Positions 37,561 through 50,749 of a stretch of 64,000 nt of DNA are shown in pieces (within the stretch, counting starts at the first letter, position 1; each line of letters begins with the position of its first letter). The translations under genes and the position numbers were made by a program. The notes beneath the pieces were generated by a model. The model worked only from the letters and a program-made list of their open reading frames with translations. It had not been told where the DNA came from and made no database searches. Source of the stretch: Escherichia virus TH41; the sequence record MT446412.1, one strand, 5' to 3'.

Positions 37561-39134
37561 TAGAAATCCTCTTCTTCTTCTTCAGGGTTTTGGAAACGAG
37601 CCTCTTTGGACTCCAATTCAATTTGCTTAGCTTCTTGATTAATTTCTTCATCAGACATCTGGAGGAAATCCTTCATCGCCGTTTGATGCGAAATATATTT
37701 ACCGATAAACGGTTCAGCCATCGTTAGCATATTGATTCTGCGTTCCATGATTTCTGCATCTTTCATTTCGGTGAAATAGCTATCACGGTTGAACGTAACT
37801 TTAATATTATTTAGTTCCTTTTCCCATTCCTCTTCTGAAATAATTTTTTTCAGGATAAGGTTGGTTTTAAGCGGGTCGAGGAAAACTTCTTCAAATTTAT
37901 TCTGTAGCTGTCGAATCCATTTAGAGAAATTCAATTCATCGCGAGTAATTGTCGCGCCCGCATCAAACATAACGCCACTGTTTTGGTCATTAGGGATACG
38001 AGATAATGGAATTCGGAGAGCCTGATATAGGTTGTTCTTAAACCAGCGAACATCGTCCATATCCGACATGCCTTGTGCACCCGGGAGTGTATCAACTTCG
38101 GTGACTGCTTTACCATCACGACGTTGCAACCAATAGTCTTCTGTCATTGACATGTTGTGCTGTTGGTTTTTGATTTTACCCGTAGTTGCATCATATACGA
38201 CACGGTTTTTCATCGTGTTCATAATATGTTGCATGTGTGCTGCTGCTTTACGAGACGGCATATTCCCGGTATCGATATAAAAGACTCGGCGGTCTGGGGC
38301 ACGAGTTATACGATAAATGACTAAAGCATCTTCTAATAGTTTTAATTGGTTTGCAGGTTTAATTGCTCGTTGCAAGTATCCGATGATATTCTTGCCACAG
38401 CAATCAAGTAATCCAGAATGCGCATATACAATCGCCGCACGAGGAATTTTTATTTTAGTACCTGCTTCATATATACGACCATCGGCACAATAACTTTCAT
38501 GACCAGTATCGTATACAAAATATTCTCTGTAACCGTCGACAATTTTTGTACCGTTTTCCATGCGTGTAACGATTTCACGGATGAACTGGATTTGTCTTGG
38601 GTCAAGGCGACGAAGTTCTTGAACACCATCTTTAAGTTTTGATGGGTTGATAATTTTGTGGAAGAAAATTCGAGAATCCACATACCAACGTTTAAAATGG
38701 TCAGAACCTTTACGCTCGAAATTAAGGAGGTTATTGACTTCCAAAAATTCTTCGAGGATTCGGTCTTTAATTTTCTGACTAAATTCGGTAGCATCAAGGT
38801 TAAGAGCTACAACATCTTTACCGTCTTCAAAAACGATAGCATCAGACACAATTTCTTGCACTGCGTTATCAACTTCATAATTATTTAGTAAGTTGCGGTA
38901 GGTGTCAATTAATTCCCTGGTATTTTTTACTTCAGGTTCATTGCTCCCGAACATCTGTTGCATCAATGCATTATACGGGACGTTTTGTTCTTGTGACTCA
39001 ATTTCACGAGCCCCATCATCAAACTTCGGCCCGGTCATTGACTCTAAATTATTTTTTTCTTGTTGCTTATATTCTTGTTCATCTTCTTTAGCCCAAGGCT
39101 TAAGAAAATTTAGTATTGTGTTAAAACCTGCCAT
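37560..39134 (-). CDS. 20: Portal vertex protein gp20
   Basis: 524 aa, same length as T4 gp20; synteny between 67 and 19. Confidence 0.9.
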   Translation of the reverse strand: MAGFNTILNFLKPWAKEDEQEYKQQEKNNLESMTGPKFDDGAREIESQEQNVPYNALMQQMFGSNEPEVKNTRELIDTYRNLLNNYEVDNAVQEIVSDAIVFEDGKDVVALNLDATEFSQKIKDRILEEFLEVNNLLNFERKGSDHFKRWYVDSRIFFHKIINPSKLKDGVQELRRLDPRQIQFIREIVTRMENGTKIVDGYREYFVYDTGHESYCADGRIYEAGTKIKIPRAAIVYAHSGLLDCCGKNIIGYLQRAIKPANQLKLLEDALVIYRITRAPDRRVFYIDTGNMPSRKAAAHMQHIMNTMKNRVVYDATTGKIKNQQHNMSMTEDYWLQRRDGKAVTEVDTLPGAQGMSDMDDVRWFKNNLYQALRIPLSRIPNDQNSGVMFDAGATITRDELNFSKWIRQLQNKFEEVFLDPLKTNLILKKIISEEEWEKELNNIKVTFNRDSYFTEMKDAEIMERRINMLTMAEPFIGKYISHQTAMKDFLQMSDEEINQEAKQIELESKEARFQNPEEEEEDF

Positions 39135-39182
39135 TAGAGTCTCCGAAGTTTGGGAAATGAGGCCGAAGCCTCATAATAACTT

Positions 39183-39190
39183 TATTTATA
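39183..39190 (-). promoter_or_regulatory. Late promoter (minus strand) for gene 20
   Basis: TATAAATA followed by a GC hairpin (about 39156-39173) in the 5' leader. Confidence 0.45.
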
Positions 39191-39191
39191 C

Positions 39192-39683
39192 TTATTCCCA
39201 CCAGTCAATTGCGAACGTTGCTTCGAACGTTTCAATTTCGTTATTACTGTCCCAATCCATCTGGACTTCCCCAACGTTGGTTGGCCACATGCCGGTAATA
39301 ACAACTTCTTTCGTAACAGTTTTGCCATCACGATGGAACTGGCGGACAGTAGCAGTTTTCTTATAATCAGCAGGAGCTGCACCGGTAATTTCGTTAGTCA
39401 TACCGTGACACAGATTTTGCCAATCAACAATTGCTTGACGAACTTTATGAGCATCGTCGTTATAAATCGTAATAGTCCAGTCATCAAATGTACGGTCACC
39501 CGCTACGTTGATTTTACGGTTCATGTAACCGACCGGAACTTTTTCTACAATGCCTGCTGGCATCGGGGCTGCTTTACAATGGAAAGCAAAGTTTTTACCC
39601 AGGAATGGGATTTCGACTTCGAACAGGTTAGGGCGAGCAAAGTCGCCGGATTCGAAAGCGCGTGTGATATCGGTCAACTCCAT
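39192..39683 (-). CDS. 19: Tail tube protein gp19
   Basis: TRAFESGDFARPNLFEVEI...GIVEKVPVGYMNRKINVAGDRTFDDW...GMWPTNVGEVQMDWDSNNEIETFEATFAIDWWE closely matches recalled T4 gp19; start at internal ATG 39683 with RBS GGAG. Confidence 0.9.
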   Translation of the reverse strand: MELTDITRAFESGDFARPNLFEVEIPFLGKNFAFHCKAAPMPAGIVEKVPVGYMNRKINVAGDRTFDDWTITIYNDDAHKVRQAIVDWQNLCHGMTNEITGAAPADYKKTATVRQFHRDGKTVTKEVVITGMWPTNVGEVQMDWDSNNEIETFEATFAIDWWE

Positions 39684-39735
39684 TAAGGAATCCTCTTTAT
39701 AGACACAGGTCGCGCGAACGCGTCCCTGATGCATG

Positions 39736-39743
39736 TATTTATA
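39736..39743 (-). promoter_or_regulatory. Late promoter (minus strand) for gene 19
   Basis: TATAAATA about 50 nt upstream of ATG 39683. Confidence 0.45.
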
Positions 39744-39816
39744 CTAGGTAATATGATTCATCATCTCAAGATAATGGCTTCCCAGAATCAACCACAGGAG
39801 TCCGTAGAACCGATTA

Positions 39817-39842
39817 TGCTTTTATTTATAACACTGTATAAT
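39817..39842 (+). promoter_or_regulatory. Middle-promoter-like element oriented antisense to genes 18/19, inside a 10-bp inverted repeat
   Basis: taTGCTTTT box, 13 nt, TATAAT, GGTTCTACGG; ccgtagaacc (39802-39811) and ggttctacgg (39843-39852) form a perfect inverted repeat; a minus-strand TATAAATA (39823-39830) overlaps it. Confidence 0.35.
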
Positions 39843-39883
39843 GGTTCTACGGTTTCTAACTGATTAATTCTAAGCGATGATAA

Positions 39884-41863
39884 TTATTGTGGTCCAATCA
39901 GCTCATCGAAATTAGCACCGGTGCTTGTTGCTACGAAATTAAGCGTGATGTAGTTGATGCTGCGCGCAGGTTTGAAATAAATGCTAGCAACAAACTCATT
40001 TCGGTCTATGACCGACGGGGTGTTGTTAGTAGTATCACAAACCACACGACCTTCATAAATGCCACCGAGCGCACGAATACCATCCAAGTATTGAGAAGTT
40101 TCCATACGGAATGATGCACGAGTGAAGTTATCGTTAAGCTCAAACAGTTTATATTTGGATGCGTCACCGATATTTTTCTTCAGCATATTCGTAAGACGGC
40201 GAACGTTGATATGGTCCATCGGAGATGGAACTTTAGTTGCAGTCTTATCACCATACAGAACAAAACCATCACCACCTGCGAAACCAACAACCGGGTTGAT
40301 AGCTTCCTGATACATGCGGTCACGTTGGGTCTGACGTGGTTCAACAGCCAATTTCAGAACGTTCAGAATCTGGCCACGGTTATAACCTGCCGGAGACATC
40401 CAAGGCTGAGAAACATCATCAGTACGAGCACACAGTCCAGCCATGTCAGCTGCCAGAGGAACCCAACGGTTAACGTCGTTATATTTATCATACTGATATT
40501 TATAGTTGCCATCAATCGCTGCATAAGTCGTGCTGATATTCATATTATCAGTATCAAATGCACCAGCACCTGTACGCCAGTCAATCAGGTTATCCACTGC
40601 ACGGGTCAGAGGAACGTTAACCAACAGACCTTTCGGCGGGGAAATGAATGCCAAGCAATCCTGACGTTCGTCAGCAATAGAAACCACGTGCTTCTGAACA
40701 GTGGAAGCGGTCGCATCACCTTCACCAGCACAAGCACCAGCGATAAGCAGGTTGATATGCAGAGCTTCACGGTCAGCGAACAGGTCCCAACCTTGCATCA
40801 AATCACCAGCGGTAATCTTATCGTTTGCAGAAATACCACCAGACAGATTGATGATACCACTGAAGCCTACAGGCCAGTTGCGAGATGTTGCATAGATGTA
40901 GTTGGAAGTACCTTTTGCAAAGTAGTCATCCAGGTAAATGTTATTACCATAAACATCTTTTTCGCCCTGCTTAGTAGACAAAACAACGTTTTCGACGATT
41001 GCACCATCGCGGCGAACGATAATTGCATATTGGTTTTCGGTCTGAGGACCATAGTTAAACACTGCACGAGCTATAGAAGCGCGGGAACCACCACCGGGGA
41101 AAATATCCAGATTTGCAGTTGCGCCTTTTTCAAATTCAGCTTTGGATACGATTTCAACTTCAAGAGTCGAACCAATTTCACCAGGATAAAGAGCAACAAC
41201 ACCCGGCATTGCATATTTTGCCAATGATGCCTGGAATTCCAGAGAAGTAATTGCTTCTTCACTGTTTTCTGCTTCAGTCAACAGAATGCCAGAATCGGTA
41301 ACAATTTTCCCGACAGTGATGGTACCAGATACACCGGAAGAAGTGGTCGTAACTTCTGCAGTCCATGCACTGCCCAAATTAGGATACTGATTAATAGTTT
41401 TAGCAAATGCAATAATCTTATTGGTAGGAATAAAGATTGCCAGAATTTTACCATCAACATCGACCTTGGTCACACGGCCAGCCGGTTCAACAACAGTCTG
41501 GTTGTGTTTAACTTGAATAACATCACCGACAGCATAGTTTGTACCAGCAGTTACGATGGTAGTTTCAATATTGCCAGCAATAGGGGATGCGTTTTTAGCT
41601 TCGTCACGGTTAACAACACGTACAGTACGGAGGTCGTTACCATATTGCAGGAAGTTCATCCCACTCATAAAGTAATCTGCTGTTTCATTATTCGGACCAC
41701 CAAACAAATCAACAAGTTCAACTTCGTTTGTAATCTGAGTTACCTGGAAAGCTGGGCCCCACTGGAATTTACCAACCAGCGCCGCACGACCCGTCGCGTT
41801 ACGAACAACAGTGCTTTGGACCGTTGTTTCTTTGAGCTCAATGCCCGGAGATAATAAAGCCAT
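39884..41863 (-). CDS. 18: Tail sheath protein gp18
   Basis: 659 aa, identical length to T4 gp18, N-terminus MALLSPGIELKETTVQSTVV. Confidence 0.9.
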   Translation of the reverse strand: MALLSPGIELKETTVQSTVVRNATGRAALVGKFQWGPAFQVTQITNEVELVDLFGGPNNETADYFMSGMNFLQYGNDLRTVRVVNRDEAKNASPIAGNIETTIVTAGTNYAVGDVIQVKHNQTVVEPAGRVTKVDVDGKILAIFIPTNKIIAFAKTINQYPNLGSAWTAEVTTTSSGVSGTITVGKIVTDSGILLTEAENSEEAITSLEFQASLAKYAMPGVVALYPGEIGSTLEVEIVSKAEFEKGATANLDIFPGGGSRASIARAVFNYGPQTENQYAIIVRRDGAIVENVVLSTKQGEKDVYGNNIYLDDYFAKGTSNYIYATSRNWPVGFSGIINLSGGISANDKITAGDLMQGWDLFADREALHINLLIAGACAGEGDATASTVQKHVVSIADERQDCLAFISPPKGLLVNVPLTRAVDNLIDWRTGAGAFDTDNMNISTTYAAIDGNYKYQYDKYNDVNRWVPLAADMAGLCARTDDVSQPWMSPAGYNRGQILNVLKLAVEPRQTQRDRMYQEAINPVVGFAGGDGFVLYGDKTATKVPSPMDHINVRRLTNMLKKNIGDASKYKLFELNDNFTRASFRMETSQYLDGIRALGGIYEGRVVCDTTNNTPSVIDRNEFVASIYFKPARSINYITLNFVATSTGANFDELIGPQ

Positions 41864-41892
41864 TTTGAGTCCTCTAATAGTTTGCTTTACTT

Positions 41893-44199
<2,307 letters not shown>

Positions 44200-44203
<4 letters not shown>

Positions 44204-45075
44204 AATGGTACCCTATTTTTTCGCGGTGCTGGTGGTGTTGGGTCAACCGGTACAGGAATATCCTGCGAGTAGGTTTGAACAGATTCACCTTGCCAGTCTT
44301 CTTGGTCGACGTCTCGTGGAACGGCTTCCGAGTCAACAGATTCGAAATTACCTTCCGGTGCAAGCTCTCTGGAATTCGCAAAGAAGTCAAGATAGATAGT
44401 ACGGATTTCCCCGGCTACTTCCTTGACCGGTGGATATAACCAACCGTTGACTTCGAACATAATGGACCATTCGAGTCTACGACGAGTCATTGCATCACCT
44501 TCAATTTGCTCATCCATAGCAATGGACTGGAGCACGATTCTTATATCACGTTCGAACGTAATTTCATTCGTATAAAGTTCAGTGATGGTTGTATTAAAAT
44601 GTGGCTGGAAGTAAGGCATGATTTGTTCGATAATCTGGAACATATCATCTTGATGCCTTGTATATATTCCAAGCTCGAAAATCATTTTGACCGGTACAGG
44701 AGAATATTGTGATATCTGCTTGCGAGGGTCGTTATTAGCAAATCGCGCCTGTGTGTGATTCTGGAGAGCCGTTTTATATTGCCCGTTATACATCAAGTCA
44801 ACCATATGCAGGTTCATACGGGGCAATACGGTCTCGATTTTAGCCTTCTGAGCAGCACGTTCTTGTGGTGACATGTCAGGAGTCGGTGTATTCTGAATAG
44901 CGGTCCATTTTCCAAGCTGCATCATGAATTTTTCTTTTGAAGCATAAGAAATAGGGACCTTAATATATTTAAGTCCAGTGTCTTCTCTGGTTCTGGCCAC
45001 TTGTACATGGGAAAATAAATCGCCCATTAAAACGATATAGCGACGCAGAGACGAATTATAAAAATGCCCAAACAA
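44200..45075 (-). CDS. 15: Tail sheath stabiliser / tail completion protein gp15
   Basis: 291 aa; synteny between 16 and 14. Confidence 0.7.
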
Positions 45076-45118
45076 AGTAACCTCCAGGCGCCCAATTCGG
45101 GCGCATTAATAAATGTAT

Positions 45119-45904
45119 TTATTCATCAAAGAAACTATCGTCAAAGCTATCCTGTTTTGCCTTCGGAGGAGCCTCAAGTCCACGGCCATTCTGCACAAAA
45201 TATGGTTTAACATATTCAGCTGCTTCTGCGTTAATCTCATCAGATTCTGCATAAGGGATATCGCTGATATCTGTAAGGCCATCGATATTGTGGATTGGTT
45301 GTAAATCGAGCTCGCTGAATTCTGAAATATTAATACCTTCATTCCGTTGCAATTCAGGTTTAAGTTCTTCCCCGGAGTAAATGTATTTGCTCGCGGTGAT
45401 TTTACGAATGGCGTTTTGACCTACCTGATAGAATGGGTCGTAAGGTTGCACCCATGTAATTTCGAACAGGCTGTTATCAAGAGGGAAATAAATCAAATCC
45501 CCTGCAATAGGTTCGGTTCCGTTGCATTGATGTTTAAACAGATTAGGGTTAATCGATATTGTGATTTCGTCGTTCACAGTCATACCGAATTTACTAAAGA
45601 TAGAACCATCACCCTGATAAGCGTCAAACGTATCCAGATAACCTGCAAATTTCCATGCTTTATCAAATTTACTCTGGAGGTCTTCACCGAATAACAAATC
45701 CGGTTTAACGAATTGTCTTGGGATATAATAGAGAGACATTCCGCGCATCTGAATACTTTCGGCAACAATAGCATCAGCTAAAGTCTGGGTATTTTCATGA
45801 TGCATAAAGTTTACATAAGGGTTCAATATCTCTGTAGCATTAGTATTGTCATACCCGGTCCCGTCTTCGAGCCGGGCGAATAATCTTGAGTCATAAGTAG
45901 CCAT
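45119..45904 (-). CDS. 14: Neck protein gp14
   Basis: 261 aa; synteny. Confidence 0.7.
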   Translation of the reverse strand: MATYDSRLFARLEDGTGYDNTNATEILNPYVNFMHHENTQTLADAIVAESIQMRGMSLYYIPRQFVKPDLLFGEDLQSKFDKAWKFAGYLDTFDAYQGDGSIFSKFGMTVNDEITISINPNLFKHQCNGTEPIAGDLIYFPLDNSLFEITWVQPYDPFYQVGQNAIRKITASKYIYSGEELKPELQRNEGINISEFSELDLQPIHNIDGLTDISDIPYAESDEINAEAAEYVKPYFVQNGRGLEAPPKAKQDSFDDSFFDE

Positions 45905-46842
45905 TAGCCCACCAATATAGGAGTCGGTGCATCCAGCAGGTCAAGTTCTTCGCGAAGACGTTCTTTTTCCATACGAGCTTCTTCGATTAAACGAACACCA
46001 TCAACTGTGACGCCACCTGGCATCATCATTCCCTGGTGTTTAGCCAATACGTTGCCGTTAACTTCCTTAACGAGCGCCGTGGCATAGTCTTTCACCCAAC
46101 GGTTGTTGTATGCACCATCTTGAAGTCCAAGGTCCTCGCCAGCTCTCATACCGCTTATTCTGCGCGCTGGGTTATCCCACTGTGCACCAGCATTCCACGG
46201 ATTATCACAATCTGCCGAAGCAAAACCATAGCCAGCTGTATTGCCTACCATTGAATCCACACCGTTATATGATTTGGTATAAACTTCAATTACAATCACA
46301 TCTCCCTGACGGAAGTTGCCCATAATTTTAAGTTGTTCAGTATCGTCATTATACCAGTAATCTGGCAGCGGAACCATCAGGTCTTGCATCATTGAACGGT
46401 ATTGCATAAGCTGTGTAAAATAACCAAGGTCTGCACCAAAAGCATTTGGGCCAAAGCTGTTACATGAGCTACCCATTCCACCGTTAATACCAGCCAGCCC
46501 CAGAACGAAATCTGTGAACCACGGATATGTAGCTTGACCATCCATCGAAGTTAATGAACCGACATTAGTACGAATAATCTGCGTTACTGCAAAAATATTA
46601 CGTCCTTTTAAATCGAAAACGCCATCGCGGAATTTCTGCTGTGAAACTTCATCATGGCCAATATAAAAAGCCTGATAACCTTTGTTATAACCATTATAGT
46701 GATATTCGCCATATAATTCTAATGCGCGCTGGATGCAATCATAAACCTGTTCGGTCGTAACTTCGATATTCGTGATTGGAGCACCAAGACGACGAAGGAT
46801 TGCATCTTTTAATTGTTTCGGGTTGTATGATTCAGTTGCCAT
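45904..46842 (-). CDS. 13: Neck protein gp13
   Basis: 312 aa; synteny; RBS AAGAGG and upstream late promoter. Confidence 0.7.
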   Translation of the reverse strand: MATESYNPKQLKDAILRRLGAPITNIEVTTEQVYDCIQRALELYGEYHYNGYNKGYQAFYIGHDEVSQQKFRDGVFDLKGRNIFAVTQIIRTNVGSLTSMDGQATYPWFTDFVLGLAGINGGMGSSCNSFGPNAFGADLGYFTQLMQYRSMMQDLMVPLPDYWYNDDTEQLKIMGNFRQGDVIVIEVYTKSYNGVDSMVGNTAGYGFASADCDNPWNAGAQWDNPARRISGMRAGEDLGLQDGAYNNRWVKDYATALVKEVNGNVLAKHQGMMMPGGVTVDGVRLIEEARMEKERLREELDLLDAPTPILVG

Positions 46843-46860
46843 ATGTTTTCCTCTTTACTG

Positions 46861-46868
46861 TATTTATA
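46861..46868 (-). promoter_or_regulatory. Late promoter (minus strand) for gene 13
   Basis: TATAAATA immediately downstream of the wac terminator. Confidence 0.5.
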
Positions 46869-46871
46869 CGA

Positions 46872-46893
46872 AAAAAGGGCCGAAGCCCTTTTA
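46872..46893 (-). terminator. Intrinsic terminator after wac
   Basis: gggcTTCGgccc hairpin followed by TTTTTT on the minus strand. Confidence 0.65.
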
Positions 46894-48525
46894 TTATGGT
46901 GCTGGATTTAATGTCACGAATGTTGACAAAAGAACCCATGCATTATCAACTAGAACATACGGGAGACCATCGGCCACAGGAGCGACAGGAGGCCTTTTGG
47001 CGAGCTCTGTTTCTAAGGCTGATACTTTACCTTCTAAAGTAGTTATCTTCTCCTCGGCCTCATCCAGGCGACCAGGGAGCGGAGTTACTGTACCTTCAAG
47101 GGTTGTCACACGAGTGGTTAATGGTGCAATTTTTGCAGTATCAAGTTTAATTGCATCAATCTCGGTTTCAGCATCGATAATTTCAGCCCAGGTTCCTTGC
47201 TTGCGACCATATAACTTATTGTCCAATGGTGCATCGTTCAGCTTGGACGCCATCAGCATATCCAAGTTAATTACAACCGGAAGAACACCACGTTCAGCCA
47301 CAGTAGCACCGTTAGGGTTTGTACCATTCATCTGGCTAGTTAAAGTCAAAATAGAACCTTTCATTCCAGTGCTATTTGTACCAATTTCAGCTTGTACATC
47401 CTGGAGACCTGATGCAGTTTCGTTAGCCAGCGTAGTGGTTGCATTCAACTTATACGTGATAGTGTTTGGCTCTGGAGATTGCTCTGTACCGATTCTCTGA
47501 GAAAGCCATGCAGTGGTACCACGCAAACCGGAACTTGAATCCTGGCCAACAACAACCTGTAATCCATTGACATCCGCTCGTAAAGCACTGATTCGGCCAT
47601 TAATTGTCAATGGCTCCAGCGCTGTTCCAATATCGGTTTCAACCTTCGCGAGTCTTGGTCTGATATTCGCAATATCTGTTTCATTGACTGAAACACGCCC
47701 ACCAAGATTTTCAACGCGGGTTGTAATTGCAATCCCTGTACCAAAACCAATAGCTTCTTGAATGTTGGCAATATCTTCGTCAATTTCGACTGCTTTATTA
47801 TCAAGAGTATTCAGTCGAACAAATACAGCCGGTTTACCTATTGCTAAAGTAGACTCACCTAATTCTTCGCGAATTTTAATTACTTTTACGTTAAGAGAAC
47901 CGACATCAGAATCATGGTAATTGTCCTCAAGAGTCTTAATACGAACTCCATGAGCAACAATAGCCGAACTGTTATCGATGATGCGGCGTTTCATGCCTTT
48001 TGATGGATTGCCAATAACCTGAAGACCATTTATATCTTGGTCAACATACTGGCCTAATTCATTTTTAATCCATACAAGGTCATTACGAACTGTGCGATAA
48101 TATGAATCGGTTAACGGGTCATAAGCGCCAACATCTTCTTTTAACGTTTTAAGGCCTTCGGATGTTTCGCTTGACAGTAATTCGGTATTAAATTGACGTT
48201 CATCAAGGTCAAGAATATCCGTACGGTTTTTTTCAATTTGTTTAACAACTTCTGTGTTAGTTGTTATATCCAAAGCTTCCTGGATATTATTGACGTTATC
48301 AATAATTTCGTTGATTTTTTCTTTAGATGTATTTGAGTTGTCGTCGAGTGTATCTACGTTTATTTGAACGCCGACCGCAGCGGCGTTCAAATTACCATCA
48401 TGACCATATTTGGTACTGGCCGCAGTCATACAATCGCCGTTTTGTATCCAACGAATTCTCTGTTGACCTTCGTCTGGAATACCGATGCTATACGGCAGTT
48501 CTTTGAGACTGAGTTTATTAATCAT
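46894..48525 (-). CDS. wac: Fibritin (whisker/neck fibre) with C-terminal foldon-like motif
   Basis: Long heptad-type coiled coil; C-terminus YVLVDNAWVLLSTF resembles the T4 fibritin foldon; start at internal ATG 48525 with RBS AAGGA. Confidence 0.75.
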   Translation of the reverse strand: MINKLSLKELPYSIGIPDEGQQRIRWIQNGDCMTAASTKYGHDGNLNAAAVGVQINVDTLDDNSNTSKEKINEIIDNVNNIQEALDITTNTEVVKQIEKNRTDILDLDERQFNTELLSSETSEGLKTLKEDVGAYDPLTDSYYRTVRNDLVWIKNELGQYVDQDINGLQVIGNPSKGMKRRIIDNSSAIVAHGVRIKTLEDNYHDSDVGSLNVKVIKIREELGESTLAIGKPAVFVRLNTLDNKAVEIDEDIANIQEAIGFGTGIAITTRVENLGGRVSVNETDIANIRPRLAKVETDIGTALEPLTINGRISALRADVNGLQVVVGQDSSSGLRGTTAWLSQRIGTEQSPEPNTITYKLNATTTLANETASGLQDVQAEIGTNSTGMKGSILTLTSQMNGTNPNGATVAERGVLPVVINLDMLMASKLNDAPLDNKLYGRKQGTWAEIIDAETEIDAIKLDTAKIAPLTTRVTTLEGTVTPLPGRLDEAEEKITTLEGKVSALETELAKRPPVAPVADGLPYVLVDNAWVLLSTFVTLNPAP

Positions 48526-48533
48526 TTTGGTCC

Positions 48534-50084
48534 TTAGTAATGAATTTTGATAATATAGTTTAAAGACATATTCCATGGGCGAGTTTCATAACCAATAAGA
48601 CCTTCGCGGTTTAATGTACCTAAAGCATCTCTGCCGCCACCGAGTTCAAATCCATCGTTAGTAAAATATGAAGCGTTATCCCAGTCTGCATATTTTCTTG
48701 TGCCCAGATAACCCTGATAAACTGATGCACCAAATGGAGCTTCGTTGCGTTGGTATTCACCCCAACCACCCGCGTGTTTATGATATGACATTTGCTGAGC
48801 TTGTACACCACCGACCCATGAACCATCACAACCAACACCCAAACGGTCTTTGCCATAACCATCTTGACCGCGGTTATTCAGAATATGTCCACCGGTACCA
48901 GCACCACGAACAAACAAACCACGCATATCAGGAATACCGACGTTGGTCCAATCGCCACCGAAACGAGTTCCAACAGTATTTCGATAGTCAGGGAATTGGT
49001 CACCATTAACGGTGCCACCATGACACATAATCCAACCAGGAGGAGCACTATCACCTGCAAACATCATCACGGTTCCGACAGGAACACGTTCAGAAGCATA
49101 ACGCTGTGTGGAAAGTAATTGGCCACCCATGTGAGCTGTATTGGAATCAAAATTGCCGGTGGAAATATAATCTAAAGAAAGACTTCCATTAATTCGTTGA
49201 CCGCCGCGAGTGTTGATTACATCAGCGTTCCAAGCCAGCGCCCCGGCCCCGTCACCCCCGGGAGCAACTCCTGCCTGAGTAGTTAATCTAACAACACCGC
49301 GAATATCGGTTGTAGCACCACGACCATTAAGAGTTGCTCCGGTTACCGCAACACCATCAGCACTGTTATTAATCTCTGACTGAGTACCAAGACGAATAAT
49401 CCCCGCGCGGTCTTGTGCTGCTGTACGAGCATTTAAACCAGCCGGAGAAATTGCTACACCATCACCCAAAGTTCCTGCTTGTACTTCAGCATTTGTAGCA
49501 ATTCGTACTAAACCGGAAACAGTTTGTGTGGCAGTTGAATAAGTCGGAAGAGCTGCAGTTGCCTTACCAATTGCCAGAGCAACTTTCAATGGAGACATAG
49601 CTGTTGTGTCGTCTGTACCAGCTAAAGCCGCATCCTCGGTACTAATACGAAGAACACCCAAATTATTTTCGGTACCGACACGAACAGTAAAAACATCATC
49701 AATTGTTGCTTTTAATGAAGATGGAACAATAGCCGCATCGGTTACTGTTCCGGCAATTGCTTCAGCATTGGTTGCATAACGGGTAATACCTACATAAGTT
49801 TCTGTGGCTTGCGTAGGGATGTCTAAACGAGCTTTTAAGGTCGCTGGAGTAACTGCAGAGTCTGGACTAATACCATCAATAACTTCTTGTGTGGTGGCTA
49901 GTCTGATGAGTCCTGCAGTCGTTTCGGAAGAGGCTGGGATATATCCATCTAACGCAATTTTATTAAGAGACCCTAAAGCCTCTTGTACGTTGGTAACAGT
50001 CGACGGGAAGGCTGTCCCCGTCGGGTCGAACGTTTTATATTCGGATTTATCGCTAATGTGTTTTAGCGTGTTAGTCGTTGTCAT
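48534..50084 (-). CDS. 12: Short tail fibre protein gp12
   Basis: 516 aa; FDPTGTAFP, repeated ATQEVIDG/ATNAEAIAG segments and C-terminus RPWNMSLNYIIKIHY match recalled T4 gp12. Confidence 0.85.
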   Translation of the reverse strand: MTTTNTLKHISDKSEYKTFDPTGTAFPSTVTNVQEALGSLNKIALDGYIPASSETTAGLIRLATTQEVIDGISPDSAVTPATLKARLDIPTQATETYVGITRYATNAEAIAGTVTDAAIVPSSLKATIDDVFTVRVGTENNLGVLRISTEDAALAGTDDTTAMSPLKVALAIGKATAALPTYSTATQTVSGLVRIATNAEVQAGTLGDGVAISPAGLNARTAAQDRAGIIRLGTQSEINNSADGVAVTGATLNGRGATTDIRGVVRLTTQAGVAPGGDGAGALAWNADVINTRGGQRINGSLSLDYISTGNFDSNTAHMGGQLLSTQRYASERVPVGTVMMFAGDSAPPGWIMCHGGTVNGDQFPDYRNTVGTRFGGDWTNVGIPDMRGLFVRGAGTGGHILNNRGQDGYGKDRLGVGCDGSWVGGVQAQQMSYHKHAGGWGEYQRNEAPFGASVYQGYLGTRKYADWDNASYFTNDGFELGGGRDALGTLNREGLIGYETRPWNMSLNYIIKIHY

Positions 50085-50749
50085 TACGATACTCGCTTAT
50101 AATGGTAAAGTGAAATTGCGCCATTTGCTGTGCCACCTGATAATGTCTGGGTTGAAGTTCCAAGATATTCCCATGAACCATAACCACCGCGCGGTTGCTG
50201 TGTAATAGTCTGGCTAAGCGTACAACCATATTGAGTGAAAGGTACAAAATTATGGTTTTGGTAGTCGTTATATGTAATATTTAATATAGACTGGTCCACA
50301 CTATCAATTGCAGAGCTTGACACAATTAAACTATCAGCAACAGCCGTCAGCAAAGCATCGTTAACCTTGGAAGCAACCAATACAGCTGAATCCCCGACAA
50401 TAACCTCAACCGGAATACCAAAAATGAAAAACAAAACAGTATCACCGACCCCTGCACCAGAAATAGACCCGGTGAATTTAATTTTATCCGACTGGCTAAT
50501 TGCCGCGGGAGAAAGGTTATTCGTATTAGTAATTACACTGCCAACCGGAAGCTCATATCGAAACGCAATATCATCTATTGCGCTCTGAACTGTTGGATAA
50601 AAAATACCCTCAGTTGTTTGTGTTGCGGATGGGCCGCCGATTGCTCGTTGACCCATGACAGCCGTAATATTTTTTGATGTATTTTGAAATTCTAAGTGAC
50701 TAGCAAGGCGGGAAATTACTCCAGCCTTTTTATTCGTTAATGTTTTCAT
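50084..50749 (-). CDS. 11: Baseplate wedge / short tail fibre attachment protein gp11
   Basis: 221 aa; synteny. Confidence 0.75.
   Translation of the reverse strand: MKTLTNKKAGVISRLASHLEFQNTSKNITAVMGQRAIGGPSATQTTEGIFYPTVQSAIDDIAFRYELPVGSVITNTNNLSPAAISQSDKIKFTGSISGAGVGDTVLFFIFGIPVEVIVGDSAVLVASKVNDALLTAVADSLIVSSSAIDSVDQSILNITYNDYQNHNFVPFTQYGCTLSQTITQQPRGGYGSWEYLGTSTQTLSGGTANGAISLYHYKRVS

Noticed and set aside
40211-41227. 338-aa + strand ORF antisense to gene 18 (tail sheath)
   Set aside because: Lies entirely inside a strongly supported, highly conserved minus-strand gene; its low-complexity Cys/Thr/Ser/Asn-rich translation is typical of an antisense-frame artefact.
46772-47500. 242-aa + strand ORF antisense to gene 13 / wac
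   Set aside because: Overlaps two well-supported minus-strand genes and has a compositionally biased product; treated as spurious.
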